Shown piece after piece: positions 19,780 through 26,429 of a stretch of DNA of 30,258 bases (positions within the stretch are counted from its first letter, which is position 1; each line of letters begins with the position of its first letter). The stretch is from NCBI GenBank assembly GCA_029858305.1, contig JAOUFI010000024.1, forward strand, positions 1-30,258, read 5' to 3'. This DNA is from Candidatus Thorarchaeota archaeon. GTDB lineage: Archaea; Asgardarchaeota; Thorarchaeia; Thorarchaeales; Thorarchaeaceae. Position numbers and translations under genes: made by a program. The notes beneath the pieces were generated by a model. The model was not told the DNA's origin, searched no databases, and worked only from the letters and a program-made list of their open reading frames with translations.

Positions 19780-20160
19780 ATGAGCGATCCTGTAATGGAT
19801 GCATATACAATGGCATATAATAGTTCAGGGAATATGGTACAAGCCTTTGGTGTAATTACTGAAACAGGGCAAGTCCTATGGCAGAGCAATAACTGGGATT
19901 TAACCGCTGATGCCAGTGGTCTTATCTCCGCAGTAAAATCGCGCAGTCCTGCAGTCACACAGAATAACATTCGCTACTCCACAATGAGGTCTACTCCTGA
20001 GAGCCTAGTTGCTCGCAATGTTCAGGGGAATGGAATTCTAATCCTGGCAAAGATTGAAGATCAGAAATGGGTCGTTGCTTGGAGTGCGCCAGACGCTCAG
20101 CCTGATGGTGTCTATGTCGATGTCGATCGAGCAGCTAAGACCCTGAAGGGAAGAATCTGA
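19780..20160 (+). CDS. Asgard archaeal profilin (copy 1)
   Basis: 126 aa from ATG 19780 with a strong GGGGTGA RBS at 19766-19772; 'QAFGVI...LWQSNNWDL...IRY...ARNVQGNGILIL...VAW..P...VDRAAKTL' matches the pattern I recall for Asgard profilins (Q[TS]xNW motif). Confidence 0.85.
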   Translation: MSDPVMDAYTMAYNSSGNMVQAFGVITETGQVLWQSNNWDLTADASGLISAVKSRSPAVTQNNIRYSTMRSTPESLVARNVQGNGILILAKIEDQKWVVAWSAPDAQPDGVYVDVDRAAKTLKGRI

Positions 20161-20235
20161 GTACATTATAATGCGAATAACTCTGTGTAATTCTCCAAAG
20201 GGATAATCGATCATCTTCGCTGAGGAGGGCTTTAC

Positions 20236-20610
20236 TTGGAATCTGCTATCAGTCGACAGTGGTATCAACTCTACGAGAATAATCCAAAGATACAGGCTTT
20301 TGCCATAGCAAAAGGAGAAGAAATCATCTGGCAGACTGAGAACTGGAATCTCCTAGAAGATATTAAGCAAATAGTGGCAGCTCCCAAGGAAGCCACAAGT
20401 AATGTTTCAGCCTTTGGAGTGAAGTACAAGAAAGTCACCTCCAGTCCTGATACCTATATTGGTAGTGCTGCCAATAAGGGTCATCTGTTGATTGTTAGGA
20501 TTAATGAAAAAGGCTGGGCTATTGCATGGGCAGATCCCACATCGGTTCCTGAATTAGCCCTCATTGATCTCACAAAAGCTGCTGTCCATCTAAGCCGTGA
20601 CATTAGATAA
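20236..20610 (+). CDS. Profilin-like protein (copy 2, divergent paralogue)
   Basis: 124 aa, TTG start after GAGGAGGG; 'QAFAI...IWQTENWNL...GVKY...IG....KGHLLI...IAWADP...IDL.KAA' aligns end to end with copy 1. Confidence 0.8.
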   Translation: MESAISRQWYQLYENNPKIQAFAIAKGEEIIWQTENWNLLEDIKQIVAAPKEATSNVSAFGVKYKKVTSSPDTYIGSAANKGHLLIVRINEKGWAIAWADPTSVPELALIDLTKAAVHLSRDIR

Positions 20611-20735
20611 CCTGAGATGTTCTTTGTGTCTATTGTTGTCAATACCCTTGAACTTGAGTCTGGAAAAAATACTGATTTCTTGAATTAAGTTCTACTTGAA
20701 GGTCAACGTGGAGCTATTGGTTGATGGAGGTTTTC

Positions 20736-21482
20736 TTATTTGATTGGTTCGTTTGGAAATAGAATCTCACGTATCTTCATTATGACTTCGATATATTCCT
20801 TGGATCCTGCTGCGTAATAATCTAACAGAGTGCCATATATTTCCAGAACTTTCTTATCAGCAACATCACCCTTTACAAGCTCAGCAATCCTTGTTCTCCA
20901 AGCTGATTGCATAACAACTTGCTTCGTCATAAGTTCAAGCAATTCCTTATGTTTCTCCTCTGGAATCTTTAAATCAAAGGACTGAAGCATCGTTTCAACT
21001 AATGGTCCCATCTTCTTTGAGATTGTCACGCCACCGCCTGTCCATTCGCCTTTGGTCAATACAAATCCCATTGCTGTGCGTCGCCAATAATCCGTGGTTC
21101 GCTTTCCCGTGGTCACTGTTCCATATTTGATGACATATCCGCCCTTTTCCAGTGTGGGGAGATGGTGGTAAACCTGGTTCTTTGAAATCTCGATATCAGG
21201 ACCACAACACTCTGTGGATAGTTTCACTATCTCAATAACGCTAAGAGCATTACGTTTAACATCTCTCACCCGTATGATTTTGTCCCCATTTTCATCCACA
21301 CTCTCAGTGGTCAGCGTATCATCTATACCCTCTCTCAAAACCTGCAAAATATGATATCTCACGGGTTCGTCTAAAATAGTTGCTCGCTCATCATCAGTAA
21401 TGAATACGATTTCTCGTTGTGGCTTTTTTCCATCATCGGTTAGCACAATTCCCTTCAGGCTGTCTGTGATCTCATCGCCCAT
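20736..21482 (-). CDS. Winged-helix (ArsR/HTH_20-like) transcriptional regulator with helical C-terminal domain
   Basis: 'ILDEPVRYHILQVL', 'LSVIEIV', 'SKNQVYHHLPTLEKGGYV', wing 'KRTTDYWRRTA'; start set at ATG 21482 after GGTGA. Confidence 0.8.
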   Translation of the reverse strand: MGDEITDSLKGIVLTDDGKKPQREIVFITDDERATILDEPVRYHILQVLREGIDDTLTTESVDENGDKIIRVRDVKRNALSVIEIVKLSTECCGPDIEISKNQVYHHLPTLEKGGYVIKYGTVTTGKRTTDYWRRTAMGFVLTKGEWTGGGVTISKKMGPLVETMLQSFDLKIPEEKHKELLELMTKQVVMQSAWRTRIAELVKGDVADKKVLEIYGTLLDYYAAGSKEYIEVIMKIREILFPNEPIK

Positions 21483-21514
21483 CTGTTTGTTCACCAATGT
21501 ATTTTGTTATCCAA

Positions 21515-21534
21515 GTCATTTCACATGAAATGAC
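21515..21534. promoter_or_regulatory. Perfect 9-2-9 inverted repeat upstream of the regulator
   Basis: GTCATTTCA-CA-TGAAATGAC. Confidence 0.55.
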
Positions 21535-21601
21535 GCCTTTGCGCCAACAGGTCCCTCTCGGGTCAAAACATGCCCTGGCTTGATTTTATTTAGCAATATT
21601 G

Positions 21602-21728
21602 AGCATTTAAAACTATTGGTAAATGCTTATGAATAAAACCATTTGTTCGACAAACGATTGTGTTTAATGCGTAATATAATTGTTTGGAAATACAATGGTT
21701 TGGTAAACAATGGTTTGTGCCACAAACC
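21602..21728. promoter_or_regulatory. Operator-like array of six CAATGGTTT-like boxes (three inverted, three direct) in a divergent promoter
   Basis: Direct: TAATTGTTTG 21677-86, CAATGGTTTG 21693-702, CAATGGTTTG 21708-17. Inverted: AAACTATTG 21610-18, AAACCATTTG 21636-45, CAAACGATTG 21651-60. Also palindrome GGTTTGTG-C-CACAAACC 21712-28. Confidence 0.65.
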
Positions 21729-21734
21729 TTATAT
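21729..21734 (+). promoter_or_regulatory. Putative TATA box for the micro-ORF cluster
   Basis: TTATAT preceded by an A-rich CAAA (BRE-like), about 35 nt upstream of ATG 21768. Confidence 0.4.
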
Positions 21735-21767
21735 GCAATTGTACCATTCATATGGGTGTGAAATACA

Positions 21768-21875
21768 ATGAATCGCGGAATGAACACACAAACTTACTAT
21801 GGAACACAGAACGAGAAGATGGCTCGAGTCTACACACTTGATGCCATTGGATATGCTTACATCTACAGGAGGTAG
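21768..21875 (+). CDS. Small peptide A (35 aa) MNRGMNTQTYYGTQNEKMARVYTLDAIGYAYIYRR
   Basis: Hand-translated; ATG preceded by GGGTGTGA; C-terminus paralogous to peptide B. Confidence 0.6.
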   Translation: MNRGMNTQTYYGTQNEKMARVYTLDAIGYAYIYRR

Positions 21876-21880
21876 AAAAT

Positions 21881-21970
21881 ATGGCACTTGCGAAATCAGT
21901 CAAGAGAAGATATGAGCCCAGGAAGCCGATCTCCACAGACGCAATCACCCACTCATACATGTACAGGTAG
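21881..21970 (+). CDS. Small peptide B (29 aa) MALAKSVKRRYEPRKPISTDAITHSYMYR
   Basis: Hand-translated; strong RBS AGGAGGT at 21867-21873, 7 nt before the ATG; shares DAI...Y.YR C-terminus with peptide A. Confidence 0.65.
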   Translation: MALAKSVKRRYEPRKPISTDAITHSYMYR

Positions 21971-22093
21971 ATGAGAATGAAACTAGAATACAGTGACATT
22001 CAGTCTGACCGTGGTCATGAGAAACTCTCAGTGGAAGCTTCCAAACAAACAACTGTAACTATTGATGAAGTACTCTTGTGGGATGCCACATGA
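21971..22093 (+). CDS. Small peptide C (40 aa) MRMKLEYSDIQSDRGHEKLSVEASKQTTVTIDEVLLWDAT
   Basis: Hand-translated; begins immediately after the TAG of B (second ATG 21977 is well spaced from AGGT); ends just before a hairpin/T-tract. Confidence 0.5.
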   Translation: MRMKLEYSDIQSDRGHEKLSVEASKQTTVTIDEVLLWDAT

Positions 22094-22113
22094 GTGCTTC
22101 GCACACTTTTTCT
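22094..22113 (+). terminator. Putative terminator of the micro-ORF cluster
   Basis: GTGC-TTC-GCAC mini-hairpin followed by CTTTTTCT; a further T6 tract at 22141-22146. Confidence 0.45.
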
Positions 22114-22152
22114 AAAATTTATTTCAGATTCTCCAACTCGTTTTTTCATTGC

Positions 22153-22962
22153 TCACTTTGAGAATACCATTTGGTAAAATGTATCATTCATCACGTAACT
22201 GACCTCTACGTTACGAGCCTTTTCAGGGAGAAATTCTAGGGGCGGACGCGCTGCGAATAATGAGTTTGCCTTTATGATCTCTTTTCCCTTATCCGAGTCT
22301 CTCATGCGTGGAGATAGTCCTTCATCTATTACAATTACTTCTCCCCCTGCTCGAACTATCCTGAGCATCTCACTTAGGGCTCCATGGATATCAGAGAAAG
22401 TATTGACGCCGCCTGTGTGGAGAACGATATCAAAGAAACTGCTCTGATACGGGATGTTGAATACATTACCGTGAGTTAGGCTAACATCAATTCCCAAGTC
22501 TACAATTTTCCTTTTAGCTACCTTCAACATTCCGGTTGATAGATCCATCCCATGAAGGTTGAACCTGCCCATTTGGTTCTTGAAATTGCTATGTAGAGCT
22601 ACGAAATTTGCGGCTGTACCTATACTCACATCGATAATTCTCGAAGGGCCTTCGATAGGCAAAAAAGTCGTGAATCGTTCTCGCTCCTTCATCATGTCGA
22701 TTTCAAGCCAATCATCATATTGCTTGACCAACTCATCATACGCTTCTGCCATATCATCGTACTCTTTGATCCACTTGGCATCTTTCTCATTTATCGTAGG
22801 ATAGACCAGAGACGGAATGCCATCAATAATGGACCAGCTATGCCCTCGTTCGCAAACGATTTGACCAGTTTCAATGCTCTCAGTTGGTAAAATTTCTCTA
22901 TTGAATTTAAGCCTCTTTCCACACTCTGGACATTTGAGAGAGGCTAGATGAGGGCCTTTCAT
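22153..22962 (-). CDS. Class I SAM-dependent methyltransferase (UbiE-like) with N-terminal Trm112-like zinc ribbon
   Basis: 'CPECG...IVCERGHSWSIIDGIPSL' Trm112/RlmA-like N-terminus; 'IIDVSIGTA', 'GMDLSTGML', 'FFDIV', 'ALSEMLRIVRAGG'; start set to ATG 22962 after AGGAG. Confidence 0.85.
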   Translation of the reverse strand: MKGPHLASLKCPECGKRLKFNREILPTESIETGQIVCERGHSWSIIDGIPSLVYPTINEKDAKWIKEYDDMAEAYDELVKQYDDWLEIDMMKERERFTTFLPIEGPSRIIDVSIGTAANFVALHSNFKNQMGRFNLHGMDLSTGMLKVAKRKIVDLGIDVSLTHGNVFNIPYQSSFFDIVLHTGGVNTFSDIHGALSEMLRIVRAGGEVIVIDEGLSPRMRDSDKGKEIIKANSLFAARPPLEFLPEKARNVEVSYVMNDTFYQMVFSK

Positions 22963-23046
22963 CGATTCATTGCTCCTACTATCTATCAATATTATCGGTT
23001 AAAATATGAATCGAATGGGATATCAAAGGTCGTAGGATATGTAAGC

Positions 23047-23886
23047 CTACAACATCTTATTTTGGATGATTGTTTCCACAGTCGAAATGACAGTCTTGAC
23101 AACGTGCCATTGGATGAAGACTACAAGTTGGCTTCGGATATGTAGAGACCATGGCTGCGTAGTATCATCTCCTGGCATAAACACACCAATGCTCTCGCGC
23201 CCATCAATATTCAGAATAAGAATACGTGTTGGTTCCCAGTCATCTTGAGATAGCATGGGTGTCTGAAAAAGCTCCTTGAAACTCTCCATTAGCAGTTCCT
23301 TACTAGGCATAGCTATGCGTACTGTGAGATACCGATCTAGCCCTGTAACTTCTATGGACCCGGGTGTTGTTGTGATAAGTTCAATTTTCACCCCACGATT
23401 TTTCGCAGAACTGAATGCACCCCTAAGGTGGCTTAAGAGAACAGGAGAAGCAGATGCAATATACACATAATCTTGAGCATTTTCGATTGCAGCTCTCATG
23501 CCCATAATGACTTGCTCCATACCTTGTACTGCCCACGCAAATTCCTTGGCTTCGGTTCCTCTTAGTGCTTGAAGTCCTTTCAAGACCTTTCGAGCACTAG
23601 TCGCTGAGCTAGTGACCTTCTCCTCAAGGTGGTCTAGCGCTGCATCCACAGGAGCTGGGTCAAATTCAGTAGGATCAGTCCCCGGAGTCTTTTTGATTAT
23701 ACCTCTCTTTTCCAGAAGTTCCAGAGTCTCATACACCTTGCTTCTGGGAATCCCAGAGTCTTCTGCAATGATTCGTGCAGTTGATCTGCCAAGCTTGACT
23801 AAAGTATGATATGCCTTGGCCTCGTTCTTTGTGAGACCAATACTGGTCAAATCATCAACAATTGTACTCTGCGCCAAAATGACCAC
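23047..23886 (-). CDS. TrmB-family transcriptional regulator
   Basis: 'IGLTKNEAKAY...TARIIAEDSGIPRSKVYETLELLEKRGII' TrmB HTH; coiled-coil linker; PLD-like effector domain 'IENAQDYVYI...AKNRGVKIELI...LNIDGRE'. Confidence 0.92.
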   Translation of the reverse strand: MVILAQSTIVDDLTSIGLTKNEAKAYHTLVKLGRSTARIIAEDSGIPRSKVYETLELLEKRGIIKKTPGTDPTEFDPAPVDAALDHLEEKVTSSATSARKVLKGLQALRGTEAKEFAWAVQGMEQVIMGMRAAIENAQDYVYIASASPVLLSHLRGAFSSAKNRGVKIELITTTPGSIEVTGLDRYLTVRIAMPSKELLMESFKELFQTPMLSQDDWEPTRILILNIDGRESIGVFMPGDDTTQPWSLHIRSQLVVFIQWHVVKTVISTVETIIQNKML

Positions 23887-23905
23887 AGATATTCTATAGA
23901 AGATG

Positions 23906-23941
23906 ATGATTTTAAAATCATTGTCACTTTTGGAGTGACAA
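23906..23941. promoter_or_regulatory. trmB promoter: palindromic TATA region plus TGTCAC-N7-GTGACA operator
   Basis: ATGATTTTAAAATCAT (perfect 16-bp palindrome, 23906-21) abutting TTGTCACT-TTTGG-AGTGACAA (23921-41). Confidence 0.65.
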
Positions 23942-23949
23942 GTGCCCGT

Positions 23950-24252
23950 CTACTCGGTATCGATGTTTTCGCCTTCCATGATCCTCTCAATTTCAATCAG
24001 TCTATTTACAACAGCAATCCCCTTATCTGTCAAAGATATGTAGTGACTTTCGTTTTCTCCTACGAACCGGAAGACAAGACCATCTTCGAGCAATCTATCT
24101 CGAATATCGTTGAATATGTCTTTATTACTGAATTTACACACTAAATCTTTCTCAAAGCGGTCTCCCCAGATTAGTTCTGATAGAACCTCTCGTACTTCCC
24201 TACTCGCAAGAAATTCCAAGGTCATGATATCCATCAACAAGGCAGAGAACAT
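23950..24252 (-). CDS. Small winged-helix DNA-binding protein
   Basis: 100 aa; 'IRDRLLEDGLV...YISLTDKGIAVVNRL' helix-wing-LTxKG pattern typical of wHTH proteins; start may be the second Met. Confidence 0.65.
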   Translation of the reverse strand: MFSALLMDIMTLEFLASREVREVLSELIWGDRFEKDLVCKFSNKDIFNDIRDRLLEDGLVFRFVGENESHYISLTDKGIAVVNRLIEIERIMEGENIDTE

Positions 24253-24266
24253 AATGAAACATTCGT

Positions 24267-24285
24267 TGTCACTCCTATCGTGACA
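24267..24285. promoter_or_regulatory. Second TGTCAC-N7-GTGACA operator in the divergent wHTH/ABC promoter
   Basis: TGTCAC-TCCTATC-GTGACA; same arms and spacer length as 23922-23940. Confidence 0.65.
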
Positions 24286-24322
24286 CTAGCATAATATGGA
24301 TTGAGTCCTCTCACTTATACAG

Positions 24323-25294
24323 GTGATTACTCTGGCCTCAATCGTTGAAGTAACAGATCTTGAGCATACATACAGTGGTGGAACCAAGGCTCTCGACGGT
24401 CTCTCATTTTCAATTAGTAAGGGAGAGATAGTTGGCATTCTTGGCCCCAACGGTGCAGGAAAGTCCACTGCCGTAAAAATGTTAACAGGAATTCTAAAGC
24501 CAACTTCAGGAAGTGTTAAGGTATCAGGAATGGAAGTCGCTCAGCATCTCGATGCAGTCAGAAAGATTATTGGTTTTATGCCTCAAGAAACTGCTCTTTA
24601 TGAAGATCTAACAGCAAAAGAAGTTCTCGAATATCATGCGGAACTCTATGGTGTGCCAAAAAACGAGGTAAAAGAACGAGTCGCCAAGATGCTTGACTTG
24701 GCAGGACTAACAGCTCGAAAGGATGATTTAGTGAGAACTTATTCAGGAGGGATGAAGCGGCGTCTTGCTCTGGTACGATCGATTCTACATGATTCAGAGC
24801 TCCTAATCCTTGATGAGATGTCGCTCGGAGTAGATGTACAAAGCCGCAACCTAATCTGGAATCAGGTTCGAAAAATGCAGAATGCAGGTCGAACTGTGCT
24901 TTTTTGTACAAATTATATGGATGAGGCTGAAGCGCTGGCTGATCGTGTAATTGTTATTGATAATGGTCGCCTTGTTGCTATGGGCACTCCTAATGAACTG
25001 AAGAGAAAGTATGTGGGTAACTATCTGATTGAGGTGCAGATTGATGGAATGGAATCTGAGTATGGTTCTGAATGGTTAGAACAGAGGATTCAGCTTGAGG
25101 TGGAGAAGGTCTCTGATCCATTGAATGGTGGTCCACGAACAGCCTGGATACGTAGCTCTGCAGGTCACAAGGATCTCCCTCTTGTAATCAACAGATTGAC
25201 TGAGAGTGGTCTTATTGTTAAGCAAACATCCATGAGAGAACCTTCTCTGGGAGATGTGTTTCTAGCCATTACTGGCTCTATGCTGAGGGATTGA
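24323..25294 (+). CDS. ABC-2 exporter ATP-binding subunit (DrrA-like)
   Basis: Walker A 'GPNGAGKST', Q-loop 'MPQE', signature 'YSGGMKRR', Walker B 'LILDE', C-terminal 'EPSLGDVFLAITG'. Confidence 0.93.
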   Translation: MITLASIVEVTDLEHTYSGGTKALDGLSFSISKGEIVGILGPNGAGKSTAVKMLTGILKPTSGSVKVSGMEVAQHLDAVRKIIGFMPQETALYEDLTAKEVLEYHAELYGVPKNEVKERVAKMLDLAGLTARKDDLVRTYSGGMKRRLALVRSILHDSELLILDEMSLGVDVQSRNLIWNQVRKMQNAGRTVLFCTNYMDEAEALADRVIVIDNGRLVAMGTPNELKRKYVGNYLIEVQIDGMESEYGSEWLEQRIQLEVEKVSDPLNGGPRTAWIRSSAGHKDLPLVINRLTESGLIVKQTSMREPSLGDVFLAITGSMLRD

Positions 25295-25295
25295 C

Positions 25296-26429
25296 ATGCT
25301 ACGAGAGATTGTTGCTATTGTAAAGAAAGATCTGAAGCAGGCTAAACGTGACCCACGATTTCTTGGGCCTAGCCTAATAATCCCCCTTGTCTTTCTCTTA
25401 GTATACACAATCATGTGGAACAGTGTCGGAGGTGGGGAGTCTTTTGCCTGTGGTCTTGTAGTAATCGACACCTCTCCTGAGGCGAATGATATGGCTAATA
25501 TCATTGAGAATATGGTTTCTACTACCAATCACACATGGTTCAATGTTGAAAGATATGACATTGCAACAGCAAATGAGCTCTACCAAGGCGGTTCGCTTAT
25601 CGCCTATATCGTGATACCTACCGGTTTTGGTGATAATATCACATCCGAGCAAAACGCGACAGTAGTGATGTACATCAACAATGCCAATGACGACATCGTC
25701 AAGAACTACGTTCATAGACTTGAAGCTGCAGTGCTACTCTTCAACCAAGGTGCCGTCTATCCTGAGTTTAATCAGTCGTCTGCGCCAATATCTATCGAGG
25801 AGTCCTACAGCAATACCACAACACCCTCCAATCTGTCATATATGGCTGCAGTGACAATACTTCTTTCCCTCATAACCTGTGCTCTGGCAAGTCAAGCTAT
25901 GCAGACAGCCACCGAGTTTGAAACTGGTGCAATTCATGACACGTTGAACTCACCTACACCCCGCGCAGCTCTGGTTCTTGGTAGAACTATAGCTGCTATC
26001 CCGAGATCATTATCTTCATCATTGATTCTAATACCATTCATCAGCCTAGGTATGAATGTCTTCCCAATTGGAAACCTCATCATCTTGCTTGGAATAATGA
26101 TTCTGTCTATTCTCGCTTTAGTCCCAATTGGTGAAATAATTGGTTTGAAAATCCGAAAAAGGGAACAGTCTCTTCTTGCAGGCGTGCTTCTCTCAATCAT
26201 TGGTTTCATTGCAGGTGGTGGCATGGCTCCTATCTCTCTATCGCCTGCAGCTATCAGAGCCGTCGTTGGAATTATACCGATCACTCACTCCTTGAGTCTC
26301 TGGGCTCGAGTCTTTTTCTTAGACACAACCCTTGGACTGGTCACAAGCTCCCTATTCCTGTTTTGCACTTGGCTTGTGATGTCTGCAGTAGCTGTACATC
26401 TCATGAAGAAGGAGGTAGAGCGTTCATGA
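25296..26429 (+). CDS. ABC-2 exporter permease 1
   Basis: 'IVKKDLKQAKRDPR' N-terminus, TM1, large extracytoplasmic loop, 'EFETGA...LNSP', 'PITH', five C-terminal TMs. Confidence 0.9.
   Translation: MLREIVAIVKKDLKQAKRDPRFLGPSLIIPLVFLLVYTIMWNSVGGGESFACGLVVIDTSPEANDMANIIENMVSTTNHTWFNVERYDIATANELYQGGSLIAYIVIPTGFGDNITSEQNATVVMYINNANDDIVKNYVHRLEAAVLLFNQGAVYPEFNQSSAPISIEESYSNTTTPSNLSYMAAVTILLSLITCALASQAMQTATEFETGAIHDTLNSPTPRAALVLGRTIAAIPRSLSSSLILIPFISLGMNVFPIGNLIILLGIMILSILALVPIGEIIGLKIRKREQSLLAGVLLSIIGFIAGGGMAPISLSPAAIRAVVGIIPITHSLSLWARVFFLDTTLGLVTSSLFLFCTWLVMSAVAVHLMKKEVERS

Noticed and set aside
21530-21584. SECIS-like pattern ATGAC-N11-AA...TGAT on the + strand
   Set aside because: The required helix between the GA quartets does not pair beyond 3 bp, and there is no upstream + strand gene with an in-frame TGA
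21602-21728. Possible CRISPR mini-array or replication-origin iterons
   Set aside because: Units are about 10 bp with 5-6 bp gaps, far from CRISPR repeat/spacer sizes; no cas or orc1/cdc6 gene nearby and no G-string ORB consensus
21590-21999. Minus-strand ORFs 21590-21787 (65 aa) and 21748-21999 (83 aa)
   Set aside because: No RBS or recognisable motif; they run through the operator array and antisense to the better-supported + strand micro-ORFs
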